Shown in pieces: positions 13,461 to 28,851 of a stretch of 64,000 bases of DNA. Under the pieces are notes generated by a model. That model was given only the letters and a program-made list of their open reading frames with translations, made no database searches and was not told the DNA's origin. The stretch spans positions 6,324,001-6,388,000 of the forward strand of contig NC_087436.1 in assembly GCF_036321535.1 (NCBI RefSeq), read 5' to 3'. The DNA is from Camelus dromedarius. Lineage: Eukaryota. The position numbers were made by a program, and so were the translations under genes. The stretch's first letter is position 1. Each line of letters opens with the position of its first letter.

Positions 13461-15484
13461 GATTTGATCCAACTTTTTCATCCTAAGGGAGAAATTAGAA
13501 GGTCGCTGAAGACGGAAAGAAAGAAAGGACTATCTGAATATTTCCCTGTGATCTTTAACGTACAAATATGATCAGCTGTATTCTCATCGGGATTTCTTTC
13601 AGCTGCTCAGATCTTATCACGGTCTCTGGCTTTCCAGCAAGATTTGGAGATTATTTTTGTGTTTGATGATCTCTGGGAAAATATATATTTTCCTCTTAAA
13701 AAAAAAAAAAACGCTAAAGGGCAGCACATGGTATTTTAAAACCAAGGAAAGGTCAAAGTCTAGCCTACTTAGTGAGGATATTATTTATCAAGCACGGAGG
13801 TGTGCACTGAAGGCCCAAAGTGATGCTCCCTGATTATCTCGGTCTCCAGCAAGAGCAGGAGAATTCCTCTCTCAGCGTCCCCTCCGCGCTGTGTGTGACA
13901 GCCTTCCCAGCCTCAGAAGGAAATGAAAGAGTGTCTGTTCAGGGTCCTGGAACTACACAGAAACGTGGCTTACACCCGTGAAGTGATGAAAGAATGAGCT
14001 CGCGGATCAGGCAGTCCTACACAGATGGGACAGAAAATGGAAGTCACTGATGTTCAGATAAGGGAGAGGCTTGGAGGGCAAGTCTCGAGGGAAAGGTCAG
14101 TGGAGAAGCTGGGATTCGAACTCGATCTGCGATGAGAGGACAGACTGGGTAGATGCCATAGTCTGTGCCTCCCTTTTACAGTCAGCCACACACACGGGAC
14201 TCAAAGCCTTTATGCCCGTGTGTCAGTGCGTAGGATTCTGCACAAACGCTTTCTGTATTTTTATTCTTTTCATTTGAAAGGATTGCAAACGAATAAAAAT
14301 AGAAGAACATCAGATAAAGTGAGAGAAGGAAAAATGAGGGAAAAAAATCAAATGCAGCCATGAAGGCGTCTCAAAACCACACCACACTTGTACACTTGTC
14401 AGCAATGAGTACAGATTTCTTAGAGTCACAAGGGAAATCAGACCAGCCCCACAATTCAGCGAACACAAAATAAAAACAGCTCATTGTTCAGGAGCACAGT
14501 TGTTCTTGGTACCAGGACATAATAAGCAATGTCCCCAACAATCTCTTTGTATAAATAGTACAATCCGCTCATGGGGGTCTTTCTTATGACAACTCAAATG
14601 TGGTCTGATAGAAATGCACTTTATTCCAGTTTATTCCAAAATAATTCAAGGAGGCAAGGCATTTCATTTTTCACTTCATTTATTTAACAATCAGAAGTAG
14701 TGTGTGCTCTGGGCACAGTTCTAAGCACATGACAGTAATGACTTACTTGACCCTCATCGCAAACTTCCTGGTCGGGTACCATTATTATCTTGGAAAAAAT
14801 TGAGAAAATTAAGACAGAGATTAGGGAATTTACCCAAGTCTACAGGTTAACAGGGAGTGGCTTGAGGAGTCCCACCAGCTCCTCTGTTTCTAATCGCCGT
14901 GTTATGCTGCCTCCTGCCATGGTCTTAAGATGGACGTGTTGTTCTGATGTGATTCAGAAGTAGGATGTAAGAGTTTAGAGAATAGACCGACTCTCTGTCT
15001 TCCAAACTTTCCTCCCTAAACATGGCCACCCATCTTTCTCCAGATCTAACTGAGAGAAACACTGAGCCCAGTGTGACCTTCACAGCCAAGAACCTTGTAC
15101 ACCCATCTGTATGGCCAAAGTGCCATCTGCTGTAAATAGTCAGTGGGGCTGGGGTTTCTCAGATACCAGGGCACCATCTGTGTTATTAACTCCCCCCTGT
15201 AATTAGGTTTACGGTAAATAGTTAAATAAAATCCTCTTTGGAATAACTTCCTGAATATGCTTCCGTGTAGCTACCACCTACAACCCAGATGCTGGTCTCC
15301 AGATCCATAGACCGTATAAAATTAGCACCTTCACAGTTTTTCACACGCTACCCTCCTAACTACAGTCTACTTGGAGGTTTGCTACAATTGTTGTAGCCAT
15401 TAGTAAAATCAGTAAAATTAGGTCCGAATACCTATTCTTACAAAAGGAGATATGAACGTCATACTAATGTTTGTTGTTTCTTAT

Positions 15485-15524
15485 TTAGCTTTCCAAGATA
15501 ACCATTAGCTTTCCAAGATAACCA
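15485..15524. repeat. 20-bp exact tandem duplication
   Basis: TTAGCTTTCCAAGATAACCA x2. Confidence 0.9.
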
Positions 15525-15735
15525 AACCTTTTAGATTTTGATTATAGGGACTAACTTACGTCTCAGTATTTTAGATACATTAAAATTCTATATAAACAGC
15601 ATGGAGAACACTAGGCTGATAAAGTAGAATTAACGCTTCCTTTACCTGTAAGGTTAATTGTGGTGAGCTAGTCTCATTCTTAGAACTCTAAATATATTTG
15701 AAATGACTAATGTGATATGCTTGAGAGCTTTGTAA

Positions 15736-15933
<198 letters not shown>

Positions 15934-16863
15934 TAAATCGTCATCCTGTGTGTGTGTGTGTTTGTGTGTGCGCGTCTGTTTTTGTCTGTGTGCGCGTCTG
16001 TTTTTGTCTGTGTTCATTCCCTCAGTTGCTTTGGTCCAGTTCACCAACAAATACGATGGATTTAAAAACCGTGAAACTGGGCTTGAAATGCCAAGTCATT
16101 ATTACAGAACTCAGAACTTGAACAATGGATCCAAGATTGTTTCCAATGCCAAAACAGCTTGTGTATTGATCAGCAGACTATTTCTTCTTCACTCAGAGTT
16201 CGTATTAAAAGTCACAGTCCTGTGACTGTTTTTTTAAGTATCAACAAATAGGAATCTGCAGTCACTTGGGAAAGCAAAGATTTTCTTCAAAAAGTTAGGA
16301 GAAAGTATTTTAGTGTTTAAAAAAGGTATATTAAATGCACATGCTTTTGGATTTAGTCCATTAAGCATTGATGATTATATATATATATATATAACAGGAA
16401 ATTATACTCTCTCACTTATTTAGCAGTTTGCTATAATTCAACATGGAATATAGGGGTATAAGTAAAATTTTTTAAAGAACAAAATAAAGCATATGTCAGA
16501 GATTCAGTCTGAGTGCCTGACTGATTTAAGCCCAAGTGTGTCTCTACACCATGATACCATTTTAGAAAATGGTAGAATATTTACTGAATGTTTAGCTAAA
16601 GTATCCTGAAAATTTTAGCTGGTATTTTTATTCAGGTTCTAGGAGTTTTCTTTTTTTTTTCCCATTAGAGTGATCCTGAATTTCACATATTTTTATGTTC
16701 GTCGTTTAGAGTAAATGGTGTTTGCAGGATACATTCAGATCCAGTATCTTCTTAGTTCCCTCTCCACCTCAGTCTTTACCTCAACTAATATTTGGGAACT
16801 TGATTTCATGTCAATAAAGTGAAGGGTTATATGATACCCACAGCAGTCAAGAAAAGAGAAATC

Positions 16864-17125
16864 AAAACAAACGTATGGTTACCAGAGGGGAAAGTGTGTG
16901 GCGGAGGGATAAATTAGGAGTTGGGGATTTGCATATATACACTACTGTACATAAAAGAGATAAACAACAAGGACTTACTGTATAGCACAGGGAACTATAT
17001 TCAGTAGCTTGTAATCACCTATAATGAAAAGAATATGAAAAAGAATATACATGTGTAACTGAATTATTATGCTGTACACCTGAAACTAACACAACATTGT
17101 ATCAACTATATTTCAATTTTTTAAA
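16864..17125 (+). mobile_element. L1 3'UTR fragment
   Basis: ggttaccagaggggaaag...tatagcacagggaactatattc...aacacaacattgt; flanking AGAGAAATCA duplication. Confidence 0.88.
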
Positions 17126-17243
17126 AAGAGAGAAATCATTTGGTTTCCAAAATGGTCATAAGACCTGGTTCAGAAACCCGTGCTGGGCATCAGTTGATAA
17201 GAAGGTGCGGGTACGTGCACTGGGATGTCCCTGCTCTCCCTGA

Positions 17244-17468
<225 letters not shown>

Positions 17469-19838
17469 TGAATCACTGGAGACTGTCACAGGGTTTGATT
17501 TTCCAGGAAGACGAGTAATATAACAGGTTTATGTAGATAAACACCCTCTCGTCTCATGTCCTTGACCACCAAGGGTGTCCTGCTAACCTCATTTGAGCAG
17601 GTTTGTTCACCTTTGTAGTTTTTGTTCGGTCATTTACCTAATTTCATTTTGGATACTGTACGATTTGCTTTTGTAACCATATCCATCTCTATATGAGTTT
17701 ATAAAATACAACAATGCTTTGTGTGTATTATCGCACCTGAAACTCATGACCACCTTGAGAGACAAAGTACTTTGTCCCTTCTTCTTACAGTACATCAGCA
17801 TTTTAACCAAGGCTTTCGAAGGTTCTGAAGCAAAGTTCTGTTTCTGGACAATGTTCATCATGACAGACATGATACAACCTGCTGCATCCAGTGTTTTAGG
17901 TGCCAACCAGTAGCACAGTCGGGTAACAGAAAAACAAAAATGTTTCTGTTGACAGTGGCAGGACGAGTATTGGTGGGATGGTCCCCATTCTGAAGATGAG
18001 AAGACTGGGGTCATACCAAGAGCATTATCTCAAGCGACACAGCTTCATGGAGATCTCAGGGCTTCTCAGTACACAGGCTACTTTCTGCCTTCAGTGTAGA
18101 AGCCCATTTAGAAGTTGTTTCATGTCCATTGTGGAACTAGGTCATTCATATACACACCGAACTACTCATTTTAATGTTGGGTTCTTATTTCTACTCCAAG
18201 TTCCTTAGACAGTTAAGTTGTTTACCTGCCTCCCCTGTTTCCTGAATCATCATCATAAATGAAATTTGCCTACAACATGTTAGCAACACACCTGTGCAAG
18301 CCTCCAAAATTGACTTTTTTAAAACACATTGTCTAGTCTAAAATACAATTGCAGAAAAGTCTGAGACATCCTTAAATTTCGATATAAATTCTCAGTTTCA
18401 AACAGTATGTTTTTGACAGTTCTGCTGCGCTCATAAAGTAGTTAGCTTTAAGGTACAACTAAATTCAAAAATAAAGGGTTTGGGGTTTTTTTTATTTGAA
18501 GGACTCACATTTTGACATTCTTAAACTCTACTGAGAGAGCGTGTCATCAAACTTGAGTTATAAGGAATTTTTTAAGTTTAAGTCTTCATCATTGGAATGG
18601 CAAGACTCAAATTCTTTCCAAAAATGGGTGTGTTTCTCATTATTTCAAAGGTGTTTAATGCTAGAAATGACCATGTAACACAGAAAACATAATTGGTAAT
18701 GGGGTGGGACAGTAATCAGTTAAATGCTTAAAAGTAAAACTGTCGAGAAAAGTATGCAGTGTGACACGCTTTTCAACTAAGGATGCAAATATTACTTGAC
18801 AGTGATATCCGACTACATGAGGAGGAATGACACGTATTAAAATAGATCAAGACATCAATCACATCCAATTTAAACCTTGTCACATGATAGTGATTCTGTC
18901 TTTCAATCGAGTTACAGTCTTGAACAAATGCAGATTCTTCAAAATGAGTTTGAAGTAACTAATACACGGATACAATTAAGTTGTGCAAGACAAACAGAAA
19001 TACAAACACAAATAGAAAATCCAAACTATGAGAAAAATGAGAAAGTAAACTAACAGGGAAATAGTTATGTGATGAAATATTGTTTTGCTTTGTGCTTGCA
19101 AAAGAGGGTAAGTCAATGGGATGACTAATTCTTTTTTAAAATTTAACTGGTAACATTAGTTCCTCAGAAAAGACCAGTTATTTTCTAATACTATATTCTT
19201 TTTTCTTTTTTCTTTGTTTTTTACTTTTTTTAAACACCAAGTTCTTAGCAGAATTTAACCTATGCGCCCTTCTACAGGGGACATGGGGCAATGATCAATA
19301 ATATTCTTCACAAAATTTTATAGTAGACAGAGATATGGTTTTCCTGCTACTGCCTCTTGTACTCAATTATGGCAAAGACCTAGGACAAGCCTAACAGTGT
19401 AAATAAATTGCTGAGGATGGTGGGGTGTGGACAGAGGGCCAGCGTGGGTGGTGACTATGGCGTTTGGAGCCTAGAGCCACCAGAAGAGTTTTCTCAACCG
19501 TTGTGGTATCAGTAGTCCTCTCACCCACCAGGTGTGGCTTCCTCTGGTGCCTGAGGATTGTTTCCTGGGAAGAACAGGTATTTCTGGGAGATGAGGAACT
19601 AGGTCCTTATTGCTACTGGGTTCTGGCTTGGTTTCACCGTCCTTACTCGGTTCATGGACAACCTTCTCCACATGCAGAAAAGATTCAGTCTTGCCTTCCA
19701 GAATCCTACCTTCTTCCTTATTTTATTTTCCTGGTAGAGGTAGATTTTTTTTTTAATGGGAAATTTTAAACACACCCACACCCTGCTTCAACAATTATGA
19801 ATATGGTTCATCTTATTTTATCAAGAGTACATTTTTCA

Positions 19839-20737
19839 TGGCCAATAGGCACATGAAAAAATGCTCAATATTGCTATTTGTCAGAGAAACGCAAATCAAA
19901 ACTACCATGAAGTATCACCTCACATCAGTTAGAATGCCCATCATTCAAAAGTCCATGCACGATAAATGCTAGAGAGGGTGTGGAGAAAAGGGAACCCTCC
20001 TACACTGCTGGTGGGAATGTAGTTTGGTGCAGCCACTATGGAAAACAGTACAGAGATTCCTCAAAAAACTGAAAATAGAGTTACCATATGATCCAGCAAT
20101 CTCCCTCCTGGGCATATATCCAGAGGGAACTCTACTTTGAAAAGGTACATGCACCCCAGTGTTCATAGCAACGCTATTTACAATAGGCAAGACATGGAAG
20201 CAACCTAAATGTCCATCAACAGATCAATGGACAAAGAAGATGTGGTACATATATATAGTGGAATACTACTCAGCCATAAAAAGAAAGAAATAATGCCATT
20301 TGTAGCAACATGGATGGACCTAGAGATGATCGTACTAAGAAGTAAGTCAGGCCGAGAAAGAATAATACCGTATGATATCACTTATATGCAGAATCTAAAA
20401 AAATAACACAAATGAACTTATTTACAAGACAGAGACAAACTCACAGACATTGAAAACAAGCATGTTTATCGGGGGGAAGGAGATCATGGAGGGATAAATT
20501 AGGAGTTCAGGAACTGCAGATACACACTAATATATAAAACAGATAAACAACTATGTCCTACTGTCGAGCACAAGGAACTATATTCAATACCTTGTAATAG
20601 CCTATAAGGAAAAGAATACAAAAAGGAATATATATATGTATGAAAAAATGAATCACTACATTGTACACCAGAAATTAACACATTATAAATCCTCTATGGT
20701 TCACCTTTAAAAAGGTAAATTGAGAAAAAAAAAGAAA
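19839..20737 (+). mobile_element. 5'-truncated L1 (ORF2 C-terminus plus 3'UTR)
   Basis: Similar to 37030-37580; TSD AAGAGTACATTTTTCA (19823-19838) vs AACAGTACAGTTTTCA (20738-20753), 14/16 identical. Confidence 0.92.
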
Positions 20738-22592
20738 AACAGTACAGTTTTCAAATCCCAGCAACACCCTGTTCTCAGGTACATATATTTCCATTGTTCG
20801 TATCCATTAGTGATTAGACCAGGAGTTTCTTGAAAGCAGCATGTATATTTTTTATTGACAGATAATCAATTAAAAAGCAAAAAAAAAAAAAAAAAAAAAA
20901 GGAAGAAAAAAAAAACCAATGTAGCAGGAAGGACACAGGGCTGGTTACTCTGCTCCAAGTCTTCCCTGAGGGGTTGAATGGCTGAATCAGCTTCTCCAGA
21001 TGGTTCAAGTTCACCTTCTTTTCAAAGGCTGATTTATAAATGTGTGATTTGTATTAATTTACAAAAGAAAAGCACACGCTCCCAATCCCAAAACGGTGCC
21101 CTCTCTTTAAGATGTCCTTCCTGCTGGGCCCTCGTCGGCCCGATTCAGCGACCGTGCACCCTGACTTCTCCTCCTGTTACTGTTAGCAAAAAAACTGCTT
21201 CCTGCAACCACGTTGCTTCTCCCAGTAACCCTTAGGCCATGTCTAACTAATGTTTAGAAAGTCACCAGCCAAAAAGCATCAAAGGTCAAAATAACTCTTG
21301 GTATTGTCTTCTGCCATGTACTCTGAAGGGAAATGAATTTCCAGATTAAGGAGGATAAATTCTTGAGTGGTTGGCATGGTAATATTAACGTTATACCCCT
21401 GCTTCTGTTGTTTCTTCCCATCCTGTCCAAAGGCAGCATGGAATTTCTAAAGGGCTCAGATGTTTCTTGTTTGGTTTGAATTTTGAGGTTTAGGACCATA
21501 CGTCACTGGTCAAAGACAGTTCCTTTGACCTATTTCTCTGTCTTTTTTGATTCTGACTTTTCCAGATACTGATAAACAGAGAGTAATGTGTTTTTATTGC
21601 TTCACTCACATGCCAGGAGCGGAGTCCAACTTTGTTGACCCCGTCAGGTAGACAGTTGGAGTGGTGGAGGGGGAAAAACAGGTTGGAATTGTTGACCTGA
21701 AACTTTTCCAGAGTCTGTGCAGGGCTTGCATAGGAATGCTAAAAATGCTGAGATAGCACACCTTCTCCACAAAGACCACCATTAATCCAAATTCCACTTT
21801 TTTTCCTTTCTCAGCTAAAAAATAAAAAATTAATAAACTTTAATAGTTTAAAGTTTTCAAATTGCAGAATCATCTTTTTTTTCCAGCTCATTTCTTCTCC
21901 TTTTCTTTCTCCTATGTTATTTCATTTCTGTCTTCGTGTTCTGCTTACTAACCCATTGTTTATTTTTCCTTACATGGTTTTTTCTATCTTTCCATGATGC
22001 CACCTTTAGTATTCATTAAAGTTTAATGTTAGACGTAGTTGATTACCTGTGCAGAAATTTCAGATTAAAAAAAAAAAAAAACTAAAGAGCATGCTGCTCC
22101 CGTATGCACATTATTTTTCGGATCCAAAAGAATATACTAAAATTTCTTCAGTTATGAGATTATCTCATGCTAAAGGAAGTTATAAACTTATTCATGTGCT
22201 TTTTCCTATTAAGCCCATTTCTAGTACCCTAAGGAAGTAGTTCACTAAAAAAAATAAACTTCGTGCTTATTTAAATATCTTTTTATAAATCACACTGAAG
22301 GAAAATATTCTATGGCACAAACTATTATAGCATCAACAAAATAATAAAAATGAAAGCTATAAAGAAAAAAAGGAAAAAAGTCTTCGTTTTTCACCTAGTG
22401 CTACGTAGTTTAACTTAATGTTGAGTTAGGATTGAGACTATGAATAGTTTTTTTCCTGATAATATTGTTCTATTGCTTTTACAAAAAAATTTTATTTGAT
22501 TGAAGTGTCAAGTCAGTTCTCCAATTTACTGTATTTGCAGTGTACAGTGAGACATATTAACAATTTAACTGAAGTTCTTGTTTTTATTTAAG

Positions 22593-22646
22593 GGTCCAGG
22601 ATTGATAGCTGCAATGTGGGGTGTCTTCATGTTTAAGGAAATACAG
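22593..22646 (+). CDS. TMEM144: TMEM144 coding exon (54 nt, phase 0-0)
   Basis: tttttatttaAG/GTATGT; GPGLIAAMWGVFMFKEIQ. Confidence 0.95.
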
Positions 22647-22818
22647 GTATGTACAAGAAAGGGCAGATGTGGAAAACAAGTGTGGATCCAGTTAAGAAGG
22701 GTATTTAATACCATATGTTATTTAATACTTTATGTCATTTTCTGAAAAGCGCATGTGACTCCTAAGCCCAGGGCAAAAAACACATAAATGAATTTAATGG
22801 GTCATATGTTCAAAATGT

Positions 22819-22938
22819 GTTTGGGGGGGCGGGTAGTTAGGTTTATTTATTTTTTTAATGGAGGTACCGGGGATTGAACCCAGGACCTCATGCATGCCAG
22901 GCATGCACTCTACCACTGAGCTATCCCCTCCCCTCCAG
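22819..22938 (-). mobile_element. tRNA-derived SINE (camelid type)
   Basis: Same head; TSD ATGTTCAAAATGT at 22806-22818 and 22939-22951. Confidence 0.93.
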
Positions 22939-24751
22939 ATGTTCAAAATGTTATCCTCTCTAACTGGGAAAGAAAATACTAGAGATAATGAGAATTATTT
23001 CTAACATGTTTCTCTCCACTCCAGCTAATCTCCATGGGAAAATGCTTTAGTTGCTTTTATTTGCCCTTAATAGATTTTGATTAAATAATCCAATAAAAGA
23101 TGAAAGAGGGAAATTTTATCTAGTGTGAAATACAGTAGATAAACAAGATGAAAGATTTTTTTTTAATCCCAAAGATTAAAATATCCCTGAGGCAAATGGA
23201 ATTTGGGAGTCGATTTCTTTTGTTGGTTTCATGCCTCCCAAAGTCCTCCATATCAAACCAGCAACTTTGTAAGAAAACAGTATGCTACCAGGGGACTGCT
23301 ACCATTTCCCTCTCAAGTGTAAACAGTGGTGATTTAAAATTGCATTTATCAAATACTTCTAGGATGTGTGTGTGTGTGCATTTTCATGAACAATTATTTT
23401 ACAATTTTCCCCCTCTACCTTTGGGGAAAAAGTCTTCAGTTGAGGAATCTTTGTGAATAGTATTTTGTAATAGTTTTTACTAAAAACAATAGAAATTAGA
23501 GACCCTCTAATTTATAGGCATCATAGACAATATTTTTTGTCTCAATAAGGAACAAAGAATTCCTATTTCTAAGATCTGATGTTGTTCATCTCTGGGACCA
23601 TAAAGTGAATCCCTGTCCCTGGATAATTCTTAAAATGATTATTCAATTTTAGATTTAAAACATCATTTCATTCACTCTAAATGAAGCCTTAGTATGTTAA
23701 TACAAGTAAGATTCTCAGATTAAATGAACAAGAAATTTGTTTAGAAGATATTTGGTTCATGATCTTAATTTTTGTGTTTTTAAACGTACAAGACAATTTA
23801 AAACATTATAGATCCATAAGTTACTTTCATGCACATGTTTCTTATTTATTTTGGTTAGTGTTGCCTAAAGCATGCCTAAAGTGTATATCTCCTTGCAAAT
23901 AGTTCATCTCCCTCACAAAGGATAATGATTTCTATTTAAGAATTGGATATTATCCAGGGTAACATATTAAAACCTTAGAAAATCACAAGTAAATGACCAT
24001 AGCGTATTTAATTATAGGTATAAATAAATAATAGTAAATCAATAGCTTTCCAATATACCACCAATAACCAATTAAAAAGAGGAAAATAAATGCTATTAAT
24101 ACCTACACAAATTATAAAAATGTAAGAAAATAATTATCAAGAAATGTGCTGGATTTAATAAAATCTCTACTACAGAAAATAAAAGACTCAGAACAGATGG
24201 GAGACTCACCATATTCCTGATGGGACAACTCACTGTGGTTACAGGCAGTGCTCTCCAATTACTTGCAGTGGGGGTCCTATAAAATCCCAGTGGAGTTCAA
24301 TTTGTAGTTTTCAGAGTGAGTGCTCACGTTTGGCCAAGTGTGTATGTTAAAAACAGAAGGAAGGCAAATCTGGAAGCAGAGTGAGTTGTGTTGACCTCTC
24401 TGGAGTTAAAAAGCCTCACAAATCTGTCTACACACAAAACTTAAGGGGTGCCGGGGGGTTCTTATTGTTCAGCGCAGACGCCTAATTGGCTCTTGACAGC
24501 TGACTTAGAGGAAAGTTTTAAATACTTTACATGCCAGCGAGTTTGAGGGAGTTATCAACTAAATACAGAAACCAAAATCCTCCCAGAATTCTTAAAATTA
24601 TTTTTCTTAAAAACAAGCTAAAATCCTAGAGGAAAACAAGAGCTAACATTTATCTTTATGACTTGTAGGTCCTGTAGCTGTCTTGAAGCAGTCCTCAAAA
24701 AACATATTTAAAAGTCACTATATATAAAAACAGATTTTAAAAAATTTTCTT

Positions 24752-24905
24752 CTGTACAGCACAGGGAACTATATTCAATACCTTGTAATAATCTTTAATG
24801 GAAAAGAATATGAAAATGAATATATGTATATGCGTGACTGGGACATTGTGCCGTGCACCAGAAATTGACACCTTGTAACTGACGGTACTTCAATTGAAAA
24901 AAGAA
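24752..24905 (+). mobile_element. Short L1 3' end, next to an older L1M-like region (~23870-24750)
   Basis: ctgtacagcacagggaactatattcaataccttgtaata...cttcaattgaaaaaagaa. Confidence 0.85.
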
Positions 24906-25691
24906 GTCTATGACCTGTAGCCGTGGTGATTTAATCAGGATCCAAGCACTTTTCGTATGGGAGTTTCATGATTTTATTTAGTTTTAATGTCATCAGTTCT
25001 CTAGTTGACATTCTTTTCTATCTGGCATCTGTTCCTCTTTGGGAAGTTTGCTTTAGAATCTTATATTTAGCTATCTTAAGCTAGATATCCATTATATTTT
25101 TAGCAATACACTTCAGTTGGTATGTCCACAGTAATCCCAGCACACGGGATTGTTACAACAATTTACAGGTCAGTAGCAACTCCCAGATAAAGAATGAGAT
25201 GATTTGTCATCTTAGTAGCCGTTTCCAGAATCCAAGTTAAACCATTTTTGCTTTGGGGAGAATGTTACCGTGATCTTTCTAAAACATGCACCTTTGACAA
25301 AAGAAAACTATTGCTTTTGCCCAAATATAATCAATCCTTTTCTCCAGGAAGCTAGGCAGTTTGGGCAGATTCTTAACCTTAAAAGGGAAAAATATTTACT
25401 TCTTGAGAATATTGTTCTTCTGCCTACACAGACAATAAAATAGAGTACTTACAACATGGTCACATAATTAGGTTGTAAATTGCTGATAAGTGAGGCCCCA
25501 TATATTGTGTTTTTTCCCCTTATTTCAGTGATTTGCATGAATTGTCTGATTCACAAAGCACATTTGGAAATTGCCAGAGTGTACTGATTCTTTAAACATT
25601 TATTGTCTACTCTGCACCATTACTGGTATCTAGGCAAAGGCTGTAGTCTTTAAGACTTAGAAAAAGATGTCAGGGACCCTTAAAGCCTTCA

Positions 25692-25696
<5 letters not shown>

Positions 25697-25752
<56 letters not shown>
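25697..25752. repeat. (GT)n microsatellite
   Basis: Uninterrupted GT run of ~28 units. Confidence 0.97.
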
Positions 25753-25756
<4 letters not shown>

Positions 25757-25810
25757 AAGCTGCTTTGTGTTTGACAAGGCTTTGAGCTTTCATGTTTAGA
25801 ATCTGTGTGC

Positions 25811-25887
25811 CTCCTAGAACTTGAGTGACTTCTAGAATTTGAGTGACTTCTAGAACTTGTCTGACTTCTAGAACTTAAGTGACTTCT
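25811..25887. repeat. 18-bp tandem repeat x4
   Basis: Consensus CTTCTAGAACTTGAGTGA. Confidence 0.92.
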
Positions 25888-27171
25888 GATAGTGTTGGTA
25901 ACTGACAGAGTATCAGACAATTCAACTGACCCAACCCACCTTACAAACACCACTCTAGTCATCAAATATAGAGGCAAAGTCACCCACTCTCTTTATTAAG
26001 ATGAAAAAAAGATGATATACCGTTTTTGACATTCTGTCTGTATATTAATTGTCAATCTTAACAGAAGCCACTAGGAGCATCGTGTGATTTGACTATGTGG
26101 AGGTCTCACTGTAACTGAGACCCTGTTTCACTTGCCTCAGAGCCCTGGGTCTGTATGTAAAGAGGTCTGTGGACACCCTGGCAGTCACTCACTGGAACAG
26201 TCAGCTCCGTGAGGAAGCTTGAAACCCTTCCATATGAAAGATAGTTTGTCAAAGGAGAGAAAATATTGGTCAGGAAAAAAGATGCTCCAGGGAAGCAAGA
26301 CGCTTACATCTCAATGTTTGAGAGTTTATCTTGTGGGAGGGAGATCGGAATTGACCCACAGCACCCCTAGAGATGGAACTTACGAGAAATAAAGTATTTC
26401 TACTGAACACAGGACGGTATTTCTTGGTCAGTCTAAAGATGAGCTGGCTGCGGGGGGAGGGGAGGAGGGGGCGGTCCGTGGTTCCGTCTGTAAGACGGGG
26501 CACCACAGGTAGCTGGGGGAGCCAAACTCCGTCCCTGTTTCTTCCTTGCCCTTGAGGTTGACTGTCTCTCCGTCTGTCTGCACTCATCGTCTCCTCCCAG
26601 GAGGACTGGGGTCGCCTCCTCCTTGGTCCCCCCGCATCCGCCGCAGCGCGCTCCTGTCTGTTCACCATCTGCCAAAGTGCGGGCTTTCAAAACGCGCGTC
26701 GCGTCCTCGCGCCACGCCCAGCCGTGCGCGCTGCCTTCACGCCCCGCCCGGGTCACCGACACTTACAGCTGGGCGCTCAGCTCGACTCCCGTCCGCCGCG
26801 CGAGGACGCCTGTGTGGCGCACACACTCACAGACACGCCTGGCCGCTTCCTTATCCGCACCCCTCTGGCTGCGTGCCGTTCTTGTCTGTAATTATTTCGT
26901 GAATTCCTGTCCCCCGCGTTATGTGACTAGCTGAATAAGGAAGGGCACACTTTTGCCCCCCTTCTAACCCCAGCACGTGCGGATGCCTGGTGGGGGCATC
27001 CGTGCATTTCCTGAGAGGGTAGATGACCAGGGCGTGGTGGGGTTTCAAGAGAATCTGGAAGGTTCTGTGGAGGGGGAGCGAGAAAGCACTCGGGTGGCAC
27101 AGCAGATGGTTCGTAAGGTCCCTCGCAGTCTCGAGAGTGTGTGCTTTTTATGTGTTTGGTTCACGTTTTCT

Positions 27172-27449
<278 letters not shown>

Positions 27450-27458
27450 GCGCCGCTG

Positions 27459-27475
27459 GACCAGCAGGTGGCAGC
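27459..27475 (+). promoter_or_regulatory. CTCF-like motif just after the TMEM144 stop
   Basis: GACCAGCAGGTGGCAGC fits the CTCF core CCASYAGRKGGCRS. Confidence 0.5.
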
Positions 27476-28851
27476 GGGACCTGGGAGACCGCCTCTCCGG
27501 GACGCCCCGAGAGGATGCGGAGAACAGAGTTGTTTTCATCCAGCAAGTGGTTCACAACCAGTCTTGGGTTAGGGAAGGCGATGATTTTTTCAGAGATGTG
27601 AGAAGGAAGGAAAATCGAGTTTCGGGCGAGTATACAAATGAAAAATTCTTCTTAAGAACCGTTTACGAAAGAGGACAGCGTTCCATCTGATGGCACTGCC
27701 TTTACCACAGTCTGCATTTCATGTCGTGTAATCTAGAAAATGGTGTGGAGTTCACGTGCAAAGAAGGGCGTGCACGTCCAGATTTGCAACATAGTACCCT
27801 CGTTAATGAAGAGAGACGCCAAAAAATGTGGGGGGAGGAGTGGGGAGGAGATATGTTATGATGGAATTCAAATCCAGAGATATTGGATCCTTTGCTAGAG
27901 AAAGTAAATGTCAGAGTTGACCACTGAATGTTAAAAAGGCCGTTTCATTATTTTTAGCCCAGACTTATTTTTACTTCAAATTAATGTTGCCCATTTTGCC
28001 GGCTTCCACCCTACTTAGCTCCAAGTGCTGGTGATAGTCTCCAGATAAAATCCATTCCCACCCTTGAGAATATGTGTACAATACATATACACACACACAC
28101 AAGTACACACTTGTGAGTACACACACACATATGTATGTACTATTCCAAATTGGCAGAAAATTCTAGAGTTGCTGAAGTCAGGGTCTAGTTTATCACAGTG
28201 AGAATTTTAAGGGACCAGCACACTCTTTAAGATGTACACTTTATTTTGCTGAAATATATGTTTCTAAAATTCCTCTTTGAACCTGGGTTCAAAGGTTTTG
28301 GTTTTTTCCTTTTTTTTTCCTGTTTTAACTGGTGGTTTCCACTGGATAAAAGAAAGTCACAGAAAATGATAGTTTTCTTTAAGAAAGCTGAAATGGCACT
28401 ATGCTAGTACGATTTCACGATGGTTCCCCAACTCTTAAAATAAAAGAAAAAAAAGAGGATAGTGCTGTGTAAATTTCACCCACTGCCACCAGATCGCACA
28501 TTATTCTGCTGTTGGGAGGGAGAATGTGTGTGGGTCCTCTAGCTGATCTGTGTGGGCTTAAATCCCACTTCTTCTTCATTTTAACTACGTGACTTCAGAT
28601 GAGGTCCTGTGCTCCCCTAATCCCCACATCTGATTCCTCATCTCTAAACTGGGGATAATGGTAACATGCATCTCATGTGGTTACTGCGAGGTTCAAATTA
28701 ATGGAAATCTGTATTTTCATGAGTGTCTGGAACTTGGCAAACGCTCCTGCCCTTACCACCACCCCAGCCAAACAACCACTTATTATTCCTCTCTGAGTAC
28801 AATTTAAAAATGATACTGGAGTCTCTCTTTAATTGTTGAGCTGCTAATATA

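Noticed and set aside
25811..25887. CRISPR-like array
   Set aside because: Contiguous units with no unique spacers, in mammalian DNA.
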